64,000 bases of DNA from Kiritimatiellia bacterium (GCA_041602695.1 JBFIFS010000003.1:678-64677), one strand, 5' to 3'. Counted from the first letter of the stretch, positions 41,931 to 51,477 are shown. Notes: a model not told the origin generated them from the letters alone. Program-made: numbers and translations.

Positions 41931-42482
41931 ATGAAACGTAAACTGGGTTTGTCAACAGTATCAATAGCAATAGCTTTGGTCTTGCCTGTAGTAGCCGGCT
42001 GCAAAACGTGCGAAGGCGGTGCATGCGCAACATCAGCCTGCGAAACAGGCAAGGCCGTATGTAAAACAGATAAGTGTGGGGGAGGCAGCTGCAAGACTGA
42101 TGCCGTATCATGCGCTAGAAAGTGCGGGGTACAGAAGGCGGAGGATGCGGCTGTGAGCACTGCCACACTCAAAACACTCCTGGACGCCAAAACACCGCTG
42201 CTGCTTTTTGACGCCAGGACCGGCAAGTACGATGACGGAAGGCGCATACCTGGAGCAAAGGCGCTAAGCCCTGAAGCTTCAGCAGAGGAGATCGCAAAAG
42301 CGGCTCCAAGCAAGGATGCTCTCATTGTCACCTACTGCAGCAATGTGAAGTGCCAGGCGAGCCCAAAGCTGGCCGCGGCACTTGGAAAGCTGGGCTACAA
42401 GAATGTGCTGGAATACAGTGCAGGAATAGCCGGGTGGGCTGAAGCCGGAAACGCTGTCGAGGAGCCAGGGAAACAGGACTGA
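41931..42482 (+). CDS. lipoprotein with a Cys-rich tether and a rhodanese (sulfurtransferase) domain
   Basis: Lipobox VVAGC. Nine Cys in residues 24-65. Rhodanese core LLFDAR...YCSNVKCQAS. Confidence 0.75.
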   Translation: MKRKLGLSTVSIAIALVLPVVAGCKTCEGGACATSACETGKAVCKTDKCGGGSCKTDAVSCARKCGVQKAEDAAVSTATLKTLLDAKTPLLLFDARTGKYDDGRRIPGAKALSPEASAEEIAKAAPSKDALIVTYCSNVKCQASPKLAAALGKLGYKNVLEYSAGIAGWAEAGNAVEEPGKQD

Positions 42483-42553
42483 ACCCAGGTAACGACATAT
42501 AATGGAGGGGGCGTCCACGCCTGGCGCCCCCTAAGTTCAGCAAGGAGGAACAA

Positions 42554-43180
42554 ATGAGCACTCTACTTCACATAAAAGCATCGCCAAGGGATCGTTCATA
42601 TTCAACGAAGGTTGCGGAGGCGTTCAAGGACGCATATGCAGCCGCGCATTCGGGGGACACCGTCGATACTCTCGACCTGTTCAGCGAGGATCTACCGGCA
42701 TTCGACGGGGCAGCGCTAGATGCAAAATACGAGATATTGCATGGGGGGCAGCCCACTGCCTCACAGAAGGACGCGTGGGGGGCAGTTGAGGCAGTAATAG
42801 AGCGGTTCAAATCTGCGGATAAATATCTGTTCTCACTGCCCATGTGGAATTTCGGAGTACCCTACCGCCTGAAGCACTACATAGACGTAATAACGCAGCC
42901 GGGTTACACGTTCGGATTCACATCGGAAGGCGAATACGAGGGACTTGTATCAGGAAAGACTGTCGCCATATACGCGAGAGGCGGAGAGTATCCAGCTGGA
43001 TCTCCGGGTGAAGCAGTAGACTTCCAGAAGCGCTATATGGATACGTTCCTGGGCTTTATAGGGCTTACAGACGTGAGCTCTATTGTTGTAGAGCCCACTC
43101 TCGCAGGGGGGCCGGAGAAGGCGAAGGAGTCTCTCGAAAAGGCATTGGAATCCGCCAAAGGGATCGCTGCCTCGTTCTGA
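42554..43180 (+). CDS. azoR: FMN-dependent NADH-azoreductase
   Basis: MSTLLHIKASPR..S.S and LPMWNFGVPYRLKHYID motifs. 208 aa. Confidence 0.8.
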   Translation: MSTLLHIKASPRDRSYSTKVAEAFKDAYAAAHSGDTVDTLDLFSEDLPAFDGAALDAKYEILHGGQPTASQKDAWGAVEAVIERFKSADKYLFSLPMWNFGVPYRLKHYIDVITQPGYTFGFTSEGEYEGLVSGKTVAIYARGGEYPAGSPGEAVDFQKRYMDTFLGFIGLTDVSSIVVEPTLAGGPEKAKESLEKALESAKGIAASF

Positions 43181-43203
43181 GATGATGCTGAGTACCCGGT
43201 GGC

Positions 43204-43380
43204 CTAGTCTTCTATGGGCATCGGATTGCAGAGGTTGTCTTCACTGTCTGCTACTCTGCCGCAATTGAAGCATATGAACTTTGGAGCCTTAACAAGCTCT
43301 TTGATTTCCTCAAACTTGCTCTCGCTTACGAGAACACACAGATGGCCCTGATGATCGCCTGAACACTTATTCTCTGACAT
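43204..43380 (-). CDS. small Cys-rich protein (58 aa), not in the ORF track
   Basis: ATG 43380 with GAGGAG 7 nt upstream. Translation: MSENKCSGDHQGHLCVLVSESKFEEIKELVKAPKFICFNCGRVADSEDNLCNPMPIED. It lies 22 nt downstream of pgl. Confidence 0.55.
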   Translation of the reverse strand: MSENKCSGDHQGHLCVLVSESKFEEIKELVKAPKFICFNCGRVADSEDNLCNPMPIED

Positions 43381-43402
43381 GACTAGCTCCTCATGTTTAT
43401 AC

Positions 43403-44062
43403 TTAATCTAAACAAAACCAAATCTCGGCATCCTGATGCTCATCGCCCAATCGACCGGCAACCGTGTTCATTGGGTCAGACGTCATGCTTTCCACTATGT
43501 CCTGCTTGACGGCGCCCCTGAGCACAAACACGAGCCTCCTGGCCGACATGATGACTGCAGGCGAGCAAGTGATGCCTGTCAGGCCGTCAGGCCGCTTGAA
43601 CACACACGCATGTTTGGCTTCTTTCACAGAGCCCTGCTCGAATATGCCCGCCGTATGCCCGTCGTTTCCGACTCCGAGGACTGCCACATCAATACTCCCG
43701 CCGTTTCCAAGAAAGAACTCTATGTCCTCGTCAAACTTGGCCGCAGACTCGTCCGGGGCAAGCTCGACGTCAGGCACTATCACTTGGTGCTGCTGCACAC
43801 CGGCACGCTTCAGGAAGGGTATTATAGATCCCTGGTTGCTTTCGGGCAACTTAACGGAGCAGTGCCGCTCGTCGCTGAGAATGAACCTGAAATCTGTGGG
43901 GATCTTGAGGCCATGCTGAAACAGCCTCTGGTAAAGTGGCATGAGCGTGCGTCCGCCGGGGATAATCATTCCGTGAACGTTTTCCCTTAGTGTGCCCTCT
44001 TCGATCAGCTCTGCCAGAGCTGTATAGAAGGCCCTCTCTTTAAAAAAGTCTCGTCGTTTCAT
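43403..44062 (-). CDS. pgl: 6-phosphogluconolactonase
   Basis: LSDERHC and LGVGNDGHTAGIF motifs. ATGA overlap with zwf. Confidence 0.85.
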   Translation of the reverse strand: MKRRDFFKERAFYTALAELIEEGTLRENVHGMIIPGGRTLMPLYQRLFQHGLKIPTDFRFILSDERHCSVKLPESNQGSIIPFLKRAGVQQHQVIVPDVELAPDESAAKFDEDIEFFLGNGGSIDVAVLGVGNDGHTAGIFEQGSVKEAKHACVFKRPDGLTGITCSPAVIMSARRLVFVLRGAVKQDIVESMTSDPMNTVAGRLGDEHQDAEIWFCLD

Positions 44063-45474
44063 AACTTCGGTCCTGTTGAACCATATGAGTATGGTATGGG
44101 GTTAACCCGCTCCTGGTCAATCTTATGAAGCAGCGGAGTGAAGATATCCCATGCGGCCTCAAGCTCATCACTGCGGATAAAAAGTCCCCGCTCCCCCTCT
44201 ACCACATCCAGAAGAAGCCTTTCATACGCGTCAGGAATCACCTCCGAGAAGGCTTCATGGTATTCCATGTCCAGGTCGCGAGGCTCGACCTTCAGGTCAA
44301 CGCCCGGCACCTTGCTGTTGAGCCTGAGGAAGATGCCTTCATCAGGCTGTATCCGAATTATCAGCTCATTTGCCTCAGGGCAACTTCCCGCACCGCAGAA
44401 GATATTGTCTGTGACAGGCCTGAAACGGACCCGGAGCTGGTTGACCTTGCGGTCAAGGGCCTTGCCTGCTGTTATCACGAACGGAACGCCGCGCCATCGT
44501 TCATTTTCGACACGGAGGGTAACCGAGGCGTACGTTGGAGTTATAGAACCATCCGGAACCGTCTCATCATCAAGATAACCCTTCCTCCTCCCGTCTTCCG
44601 ACGCCGTATACTGCCCCAATATGGCGTCTTCGAGCCGGACTGGCGACACATCCCTCAGCACGGCAAGCTTGGCATTTCTCACGTGGGTACCCTTAAGGCT
44701 TTTCGGGCGTTCCATTGCGGCAAGCGCCAGGATCTGGATGAGGTGGTTCTGCATCACGTCCCTGATTATCCCATATTGGTCGAAATAGCCGCCCCTGCCC
44801 TCACATCCAAAATTTTCGGCCCAGTCCACGTGCACGCTCTCAATGTATTTGCTGCACCACATAGGCTCAAATACAAGGTTCGCAAAACGAAGGACCATGA
44901 GGTTCTGTATCGCCTCTTTACCCAGATAGTGGTCTATCCTGTAAGTGTGCTTCTCCGCAAAGACCTTTCTCAGCTCCGCTACCAGCTCATCGCTGGATGA
45001 TCTATCTTTACCAAAAGGCTTCTCAACAACCACCCTGGACCATGGGTTCTCAGATCCGCAATGCACCAGCCCCGAGTTGCCCAGCGACTTGGCAACTTCG
45101 AGGAAAACCGCAGGCGGCACCGCGAGGAAGAATAGCCTGTTGGATCCGCCAGCGTCAGACTCCCTGGCCTTCATCGCGGTAAAAAGGTCGAGGTATGAAT
45201 CCGTGTTGTCGTAATTGCCCCTCACATACGAGCATCGCTCAATGAATTCCTTCTGCTCCGCTGAGCAGTCGTGCTCAGGCACGTACTTACAGGCGAGGTA
45301 TTCGGATATCTTTTCCCTGAACTCATTATCGGATATTTCCGAGCGGGCGAAACCATATATGTTGGTTCCTTTCGGCAGCCTGTCCCGGGAATACAGATCG
45401 AAGAGCGCCGGAAATATCTTTTTTCGCGCCAGGTCACCGGAAGCGCCTATCACCACTATATCCAGGTTTTTCAT
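44059..45474 (-). CDS. zwf: glucose-6-phosphate 1-dehydrogenase
   Basis: GASGDLARKK and RIDHYLGKE signatures. 471 aa. Confidence 0.95.
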   Translation of the reverse strand: MKNLDIVVIGASGDLARKKIFPALFDLYSRDRLPKGTNIYGFARSEISDNEFREKISEYLACKYVPEHDCSAEQKEFIERCSYVRGNYDNTDSYLDLFTAMKARESDAGGSNRLFFLAVPPAVFLEVAKSLGNSGLVHCGSENPWSRVVVEKPFGKDRSSSDELVAELRKVFAEKHTYRIDHYLGKEAIQNLMVLRFANLVFEPMWCSKYIESVHVDWAENFGCEGRGGYFDQYGIIRDVMQNHLIQILALAAMERPKSLKGTHVRNAKLAVLRDVSPVRLEDAILGQYTASEDGRRKGYLDDETVPDGSITPTYASVTLRVENERWRGVPFVITAGKALDRKVNQLRVRFRPVTDNIFCGAGSCPEANELIIRIQPDEGIFLRLNSKVPGVDLKVEPRDLDMEYHEAFSEVIPDAYERLLLDVVEGERGLFIRSDELEAAWDIFTPLLHKIDQERVNPIPYSYGSTGPKL

Positions 45475-45477
45475 TGA

Positions 45478-47031
45478 TTATTCTTTGTCGTCGGGAACCA
45501 GCACCACGTAAGTGGGAAGCCCTACAATATCGAATGAATCCAGCACTGCTTTCGTCGCGGGGTCTCTTGGATCCTCAGCTCGATACTTTACCTTAACGAA
45601 ACCTTTCAGTTTGTCTTTAACATCTGCCGACTTGAAAGTGGTCTTTTCCATCTTGAGACAGTTCTTACACCAGCTCGCCCAGAAATCGACAAAGACAGGC
45701 TTGCCGTTCAGCCGGGAAACTGAGAGCGCGGATTCCAGATCGGTATGCCATCCCTCCTTGATCCGGTTTTCCTGGGCTGAAACCACCTCAAACCTTCTGT
45801 TCTCCGACCGGTCCTGCAGCAGCGCTGCACCGAGGAGCGCGTAGTAACCGGCTCCAACAAGGATTATCACCCCGAAGCCGTACTTTATTTTCTCCATCCA
45901 CGCTCCGGGCTTGGGGAGGACCGAGATGCCCGCGCCGGCAAACGGCCAAGGCAGCGCCATCCCGAGTCCCAGAATGAACGGCAGGAGCAGTCCCGCTGGA
46001 TTCCCCTTCTGGTACAGGTCTGCAGCCAGAAGCAGGACGGATATAACGACCGGCGCGACGCAGGCGCCGGCCAAAAGCGCCGCTATGCCGCCCAGGAAGA
46101 AGGAGACAATCACTTTGCCTCTGTTCGAATCACCGGTCTTTATCTTTCCCTGAAGCCTGGAGAGATCGATATTGAAGACGCCGAACATCGAAAGGGCCAG
46201 AACTGTAAAGACTGCTGCCACGCCCATATTGAACCAGGGCGATGAGTTGAGCGTGCCGAACGTAGAGTTCGTGAGGAGAACCACGAGACCCAGAACTCCG
46301 TAAACAAGAGCTATTCCGGCACCGTACGCTCCACCGAGTAGAAATCCCCTGGATTTAGAGTCGGTCCCGACGCCGGCGCCTATTATGGCCAGGTTTATCG
46401 GTATCATGGGGAGCACGCAAGGGGTAAGATTGAGAGCCAGCCCACCAAGCAGGATAAGCAGAATGGTTATCACGGCTCCGCGGCCGGCAAAACCTGACGG
46501 GGCAGCATCCGTTTCGGTAAGACTGTTTTCCAGGAATTCCATGAAAGGCTCTTCTTTCACATATCCTGACATGGCGCCCGCGATCCTGAACCCTTCAATA
46601 GACGCACTTGCATGGCCCGTCACAGGTTCAGGCTTTTCTGCAGCAGCAGACGCTTTCCCAAAACTGAACTCCCTTTCTTCAGGGCGAAAACAGACTGAGT
46701 CGTTGCAGCCCAAATACGAGACTCTAACATCGTAACCGGCGCTTGAATCAGGGACGGCATAAGCTAACGTCGCGTCACCCGTAAACACCTTTACGTCTTC
46801 ACCTGTGACGGGGTCTGGCTTGATTACGGGTTCGGGGGCTGATATGTGTTTCAGCACCTCGCCGTTTACCGACACCTCGACCTGATCGGCGTAGAGATAA
46901 TGCTCCGCCTGGATCCTGAACTGTACCTGGAGCTTCCCATCCGTGGGGGGCGGCACCGAAAGTTCGAAACGCTCACCCTGAGCCAGGCATGCCGTGGCCA
47001 CGAACATCAGCAAGGCAGCAAGTTTTTTCAT
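45478..47031 (-). CDS. dsbD: thiol:disulfide interchange protein DsbD
   Basis: Signal peptide, alpha domain (YLGCNDSVCF), TM core (LTPCVLPM), C-terminal thioredoxin (WASWCKNC). Start at ATG 47031 with a GGAGGTGG SD. Confidence 0.85.
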   Translation of the reverse strand: MKKLAALLMFVATACLAQGERFELSVPPPTDGKLQVQFRIQAEHYLYADQVEVSVNGEVLKHISAPEPVIKPDPVTGEDVKVFTGDATLAYAVPDSSAGYDVRVSYLGCNDSVCFRPEEREFSFGKASAAAEKPEPVTGHASASIEGFRIAGAMSGYVKEEPFMEFLENSLTETDAAPSGFAGRGAVITILLILLGGLALNLTPCVLPMIPINLAIIGAGVGTDSKSRGFLLGGAYGAGIALVYGVLGLVVLLTNSTFGTLNSSPWFNMGVAAVFTVLALSMFGVFNIDLSRLQGKIKTGDSNRGKVIVSFFLGGIAALLAGACVAPVVISVLLLAADLYQKGNPAGLLLPFILGLGMALPWPFAGAGISVLPKPGAWMEKIKYGFGVIILVGAGYYALLGAALLQDRSENRRFEVVSAQENRIKEGWHTDLESALSVSRLNGKPVFVDFWASWCKNCLKMEKTTFKSADVKDKLKGFVKVKYRAEDPRDPATKAVLDSFDIVGLPTYVVLVPDDKE

Positions 47032-47044
47032 AGTCCACCTCCGC

Positions 47045-47407
47045 TCAGTTCTTTTTCCAGTTCCTGACCTGCGCCAGCACGTCCCGCACGTAGGCGCATT
47101 CGCACTTGGCCCTGCATGCATCTACAACGCCCGGGTGAAGGCAGCTCTTATCGCATCCGTCCTGACCGAAAATGTTTTCCTCAAAGATCTCTCCTTCGTT
47201 CATATCGGTAAAGACTCCAGCAGGTATAGCAATTGTCGAACCGCACTCCGCTGATCTATGGGTAAAGAGAAAGAACCCTGCCTCGAGGTGACCAAAATTC
47301 ACCTGGTAACCCTCTACCCTTACATCCGGATCCGCGAGGAACGCATTTCTGTCCTCCCAAACCTTTCTGCAGTTTGTGCAGGTCTTGAAAACCTCCCGCT
47401 CTGTCAT
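47045..47407 (-). CDS. hypothetical Cys-rich protein (120 aa)
   Basis: CTNC near the N-terminus and C..C...C.C near the C-terminus. Tightly packed between ferritin and dsbD. Confidence 0.5.
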   Translation of the reverse strand: MTEREVFKTCTNCRKVWEDRNAFLADPDVRVEGYQVNFGHLEAGFFLFTHRSAECGSTIAIPAGVFTDMNEGEIFEENIFGQDGCDKSCLHPGVVDACRAKCECAYVRDVLAQVRNWKKN

Positions 47408-47410
47408 TAA

Positions 47411-47929
47411 TTATCCAATCACAATGTCGGCAGGCGGATTGAACACTCTCGCTCCCAGATCCTTGTCAATCATCAGGATGCCGCTCATGTCGCTGCCGGC
47501 CAGTGTCACTGTCTGGAGGATTTCTGATGCAGTGGCCTCCTCCTCGACCTGCTCAGACACAAACCATCCAAGCATTACGTCCGTGGCGTGATCGCTTTCT
47601 TTACGCGCCTGGTCGACGAGCTTGTTGATCAAGCTGGTCACAAGCTTCTCGTGCTCGAGCGTCTTCTCGAACATTGCCTTTAGGGACTTGAACTTGGCCT
47701 GGGGCTGTTCAATCGCCTTCATCACGCAGTGCTCGCCCTGATCGCACATGTACTTGTAGAGTCGAAACGCGTGAGTCAGTTCCTCCTGCATCTGCACGAA
47801 GAACCAGTGAGCGGCACCTTTAAGCCCCATATCCCCGCAGCACGACGACATGGCCATATAGAGATAGCCTGAATATATTTCCGCGTTGACCTGGTCCGTT
47901 ATTGCTTTCGCCATCTTTTTGCTAATCAT
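47411..47929 (-). CDS. ftn: non-heme ferritin
   Basis: INAEIYSGYLYMAM...EELTHA...LEHEK ferroxidase-site pattern. Start at ATG 47929. Confidence 0.8.
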   Translation of the reverse strand: MISKKMAKAITDQVNAEIYSGYLYMAMSSCCGDMGLKGAAHWFFVQMQEELTHAFRLYKYMCDQGEHCVMKAIEQPQAKFKSLKAMFEKTLEHEKLVTSLINKLVDQARKESDHATDVMLGWFVSEQVEEEATASEILQTVTLAGSDMSGILMIDKDLGARVFNPPADIVIG

Positions 47930-47946
47930 TGTCCTATTCCTTTCGA

Positions 47947-48519
47947 TTACCAGTTCTCGGCAAGTACCTGGAAATGCGCCTGCGGATGAGCGCACGCCGG
48001 ACATGAGTCAATGGCCTCAGTGCCTTCGTGTATATAACCGCAGTTCTGGCAGACCCACTTTACCGGCGCGTCCTTCTTAAATACTTTTCCCTCTTCAATA
48101 TTCTTTGCCAGGGCGAGGTAGCGCTTTTCATGCTGCTTCTCGGCAACGGCTATTGATTCAAACACTTGTGCGACATCGTCCAAACCCTCGTCACGTGCAA
48201 TCTTCGCGAAGCCTGGATACATTTCGGTCCACTCATGGTTTTCGCCGCCGGCGGCCGCCTTGAGGTTGTCTACCGTCTGGCCGATAAGACCCGCAGGAAA
48301 AGCGGCTGACACCTCGACATCACCGCCCTCTAGAAGCTTGAACAGCCTCTTCGCGTGCTCCTTCTCCTGATTGGCAGTTTCCTCAAATATCTTCGATATC
48401 TGCACGTATCCCTGCTTCTTCGCCTGACTGGCGAAGTAAGTATACCTGTTCCGGGCCTGTGACTCTCCCGCGAATGCGGTGACTATATTCTTCTCTGTCT
48501 GAGTTCCCTTCAGTGCCAT
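47947..48519 (-). CDS. rbr: rubrerythrin
   Basis: GESQARNRYTYF and EKEHAK diiron motifs plus a C-terminal rubredoxin CQNCG...CPAC. Confidence 0.9.
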   Translation of the reverse strand: MALKGTQTEKNIVTAFAGESQARNRYTYFASQAKKQGYVQISKIFEETANQEKEHAKRLFKLLEGGDVEVSAAFPAGLIGQTVDNLKAAAGGENHEWTEMYPGFAKIARDEGLDDVAQVFESIAVAEKQHEKRYLALAKNIEEGKVFKKDAPVKWVCQNCGYIHEGTEAIDSCPACAHPQAHFQVLAENW

Positions 48520-48528
48520 TGCGTCCTC

Positions 48529-50175
48529 CTATTTCGCTTTTTCAATCGCTTCCAGCGCGGCTACACGTGCTCCAGTTACTAACCGTGGACTTACGCTTAC
48601 CGCCCGGACCCCCTTCTTCATAAGCTTCTTAATATATTTTGGATCCCCTGCAATCTCCCCGCAAACAGAAATGCTCTTTCCCTGCGACTGACACGCCCTG
48701 ACCATCGAGCCTATCATTTTCCACAGCAGAGCCCGCTTAGGCGAATAATCGTATGCGACCAGCGCATTGTTTCTATCCACGGCGAACAAATACTGTATCA
48801 GGTCATTGGTTCCTATGCTGGCAAAATCCGCCTCTCGCATGATCTTGCGGGCATCCAGGCAGGCAGACGGAACTTCAAACATTACACCATGTTTTACATT
48901 CGAATCAATACCAGCTGCAGATTCTAAGAAGAGGCTTCTGAGCAGGATGAACTGTTCCAGATCGACAACCATGGGATACATCGCCAGTACTTCGCCGTGA
49001 ACAGAAGCCCTCGCCATTGCCCTTGCCTGGGTCGCGAAGAGCTTCTCGTGACCCAACAGCAGCCTGCCGCCCCTGTATCCCAGAGCCGGATTCTCCTCAT
49101 GTCCACTTTCAAGGAAGGGAAGCGGCTTGTCACCGCCTGCGTCAAACAGCCTGAAGATCACAGGCTTGCCCTGCATTCCCTTGACGACCTGGCTGTAGCG
49201 CTCGTACTGTTCATCCTCGCTGAGAAACCTGCCCGCCGTTATGAACTCATATTCTGTCCTGTATAGGCCTATACCGTCCGCACGCATGCTCGTGGCTTCA
49301 TCCAGCTCCGATGCCAGGTTGATATTCGCCATTACCGCAAAGCCGTCAACCGGATCTACTGCGGACGGCACCCGCACAATTCCCCCAGCCATCTTCTTGA
49401 GTCTCGCCACGGTCTTTTCCGAGGGCCAGAGAATCACCTCCCCCTCATCGCCGTTAATTGCTATTTCTGCGCCACAGGCTATCTCGGCGTGAATATCGGG
49501 TATTCCGCTGACCGCAGGTATGCCAAGCGCACGCGCCAGGATTGCAGCGTGTGAGTTACTCCCTCCCCGCTCAGTCACGAAACCCATTGTATGAGACGTG
49601 TCGAGCTCCACAGTCATGCCGGGGGTCAGTTCTGTCGAGACTACAATCCGATTCTTGCCCCTCTGACAATGAGCCAAATCCACGCACTGGAACGCCGGAT
49701 TAGTATTGCGAAGTATATCCAGCAACCTGTTTTTGATCTCGACGAAATCCCCTGCCCTGTCCTGCAGATACTCGTCATCAATCTGCCTCATCCTGGCCTC
49801 GTAGGAATCGAGCACAGCCATAACCGCGGCCTCCGCGTTGGTGCCTTTCTTCCTGATAAGGTCTTCTATGGCCTGCAGAAGCGAATGGTCCTCGAGTATC
49901 ATGCGATGCGCCGAGAATATCTCCGCCTCAGCCTTGCCGATCTTTTCCTCGGTCTCTTTTCTAATTGCCTCTACACGCTCCGCGGCTACTTCAGCCGCCC
50001 TTCGGACCCTGCTGACCTCCCTGTCCAACCCCTCGCCGGAAACCTTGTAAATCTCCATATTACTATGGCGTTTCTCGTTAAAACGGCATACTCGGGCTAT
50101 GGCAATGCCCTTACTCAGGGTCAGTCCTTTGAAGACTGCCTCTTTCTGGAAACCATTCCTGGAAGCTTCAGTCAT
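48529..50175 (-). CDS. ptsI: phosphoenolpyruvate-protein phosphotransferase (PTS enzyme I family)
   Basis: GGSNSHAAILARALGIPAV (phospho-His) and SIGTNDLIQYLFAVDRNN. Confidence 0.85.
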   Translation of the reverse strand: MTEASRNGFQKEAVFKGLTLSKGIAIARVCRFNEKRHSNMEIYKVSGEGLDREVSRVRRAAEVAAERVEAIRKETEEKIGKAEAEIFSAHRMILEDHSLLQAIEDLIRKKGTNAEAAVMAVLDSYEARMRQIDDEYLQDRAGDFVEIKNRLLDILRNTNPAFQCVDLAHCQRGKNRIVVSTELTPGMTVELDTSHTMGFVTERGGSNSHAAILARALGIPAVSGIPDIHAEIACGAEIAINGDEGEVILWPSEKTVARLKKMAGGIVRVPSAVDPVDGFAVMANINLASELDEATSMRADGIGLYRTEYEFITAGRFLSEDEQYERYSQVVKGMQGKPVIFRLFDAGGDKPLPFLESGHEENPALGYRGGRLLLGHEKLFATQARAMARASVHGEVLAMYPMVVDLEQFILLRSLFLESAAGIDSNVKHGVMFEVPSACLDARKIMREADFASIGTNDLIQYLFAVDRNNALVAYDYSPKRALLWKMIGSMVRACQSQGKSISVCGEIAGDPKYIKKLMKKGVRAVSVSPRLVTGARVAALEAIEKAK

Positions 50176-51370
50176 TGCTCCTCACCTTCGCCAGCTCAAC
50201 AGCTTTATGGCCCAGGTCCTCTCCTTCTTTCCGGCACATCGCCAGGGCCTCCGGACCGGGAACAAATTGGCATCTGATAGGCTCTCCGGCGATATCACAT
50301 TTCATTTCCTGCAGGTACTGGTGAACGCCTTCCGGTCCGCCTTTTCCCCATCCATACGAGCCGAATGCCCTCCCTATCTTGCCAACAGGTTTCAACCCCT
50401 TGAGATATGTCAATGCGGCCGCAACCTGCGGCATGATTGTCATGTTGAGCGTCGGGGACCCGCACGCCAGCACGGCAGCGTCCAATGTCTCCGTGGCAAT
50501 CTCTGTAATGTGCGATTCCCGTATGCTGATAGTCTTGACCACAGCACCTGCTTCCGCGGCACCTTCAGCGATGGCTTCTGCCATCATCCTGGTACTTCCC
50601 CACATAGTGTCAAACAGGACCAGCACCTTAGCCGCCGGTTTGCAGACAACCCAGTCGCGGTAGGCCGCTACGATCTTTGCAATATTCGTTCTCCAAATCA
50701 CTCCGTGACTCGGGGCAACGACCTTAAGGTCCAGTCCGCCCGCCTGGTCAAGCACCTTGGCTATCGGCTTTCCGTACAGCATCACGATGTTCGCGTAGTA
50801 TATCTTTGCCTCTTCCATGATGATGTCCAGGTCCTCCTCGTCATCGAATCTTTCGTCGGAGGCGAAGTGCTGCCCGAACGCGTCCATGGAAAACAGGATT
50901 CCCTCCTCAGCAATGTAGGTGAACATGGATTCCGGCCAGTGCACCATCGGGGTTTCGATGAACGTGAGCTCGCGCTTACCAAGGGAAAGCGTATCGCCAC
51001 CCGCGACTGTTTGAAAAATCCATCCTGAGGTGTCGTAATGTTTTTCGAGCGCCCCTTTGCACTTGTCGTCGCAGATGAGCCTGGCCTCGGGAAATTCGCG
51101 CATAACTTCGGGAAGCCCCCCCGAATGGTCGGGCTCCGCATGGTTGCACACAACATAAGCCAAATCGCGGCCTTCCAGCGCAGCGCGCACAGACTCTACA
51201 AGTTTTCCGGCGTACTGTGCTTTCACCGTGTCTATCAGGGCGCAGGAATCATCGAGAATAAGGTAGGAATTATAGGTGGAGCCCCGCTCTGTCCGGTAGC
51301 CGTGGAAATCCCTTATATCCTTGTCTACGTACCCAACCCAGTGTATGTCCTTCGCCAGCTCGGTGCTCAT
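50168..51370 (-). CDS. flavodiiron protein (FprA / rubredoxin:oxygen oxidoreductase type)
   Basis: Metallo-beta-lactamase-like HAEPDHSG diiron motif plus a C-terminal flavodoxin domain (VLVLFDTMWGST). 400 aa. Confidence 0.85.
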   Translation of the reverse strand: MSTELAKDIHWVGYVDKDIRDFHGYRTERGSTYNSYLILDDSCALIDTVKAQYAGKLVESVRAALEGRDLAYVVCNHAEPDHSGGLPEVMREFPEARLICDDKCKGALEKHYDTSGWIFQTVAGGDTLSLGKRELTFIETPMVHWPESMFTYIAEEGILFSMDAFGQHFASDERFDDEEDLDIIMEEAKIYYANIVMLYGKPIAKVLDQAGGLDLKVVAPSHGVIWRTNIAKIVAAYRDWVVCKPAAKVLVLFDTMWGSTRMMAEAIAEGAAEAGAVVKTISIRESHITEIATETLDAAVLACGSPTLNMTIMPQVAAALTYLKGLKPVGKIGRAFGSYGWGKGGPEGVHQYLQEMKCDIAGEPIRCQFVPGPEALAMCRKEGEDLGHKAVELAKVRSND

Positions 51371-51427
51371 TTATTAATCTCCTCTGTTGAGCTAACTAGC
51401 ATACACCTCTTAAGGCGATATTCAATC

Positions 51428-51441
51428 TTGTATATATGCAA
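51428..51441. promoter_or_regulatory. candidate CRP/FNR-family operator (TTGCATATATACAA on the minus strand)
   Basis: 12 of 14 positions are palindromic and fit the TTGNN-N4-NNCAA architecture. It is centred about 64 nt upstream of the flavodiiron start codon. Confidence 0.3.
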
Positions 51442-51477
51442 ATATCTGTAATCCAGGGGCCATATACATCGCTTTAA

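Noticed and set aside
51447-51463. TGGCCCCTGGATTACAG (minus strand) as a possible sigma-54 promoter for the flavodiiron operon
   Set aside because: The -12 position reads TTAC rather than TTGC. The alternative GC (in TTTGCA) is 3 nt too far from the GG.
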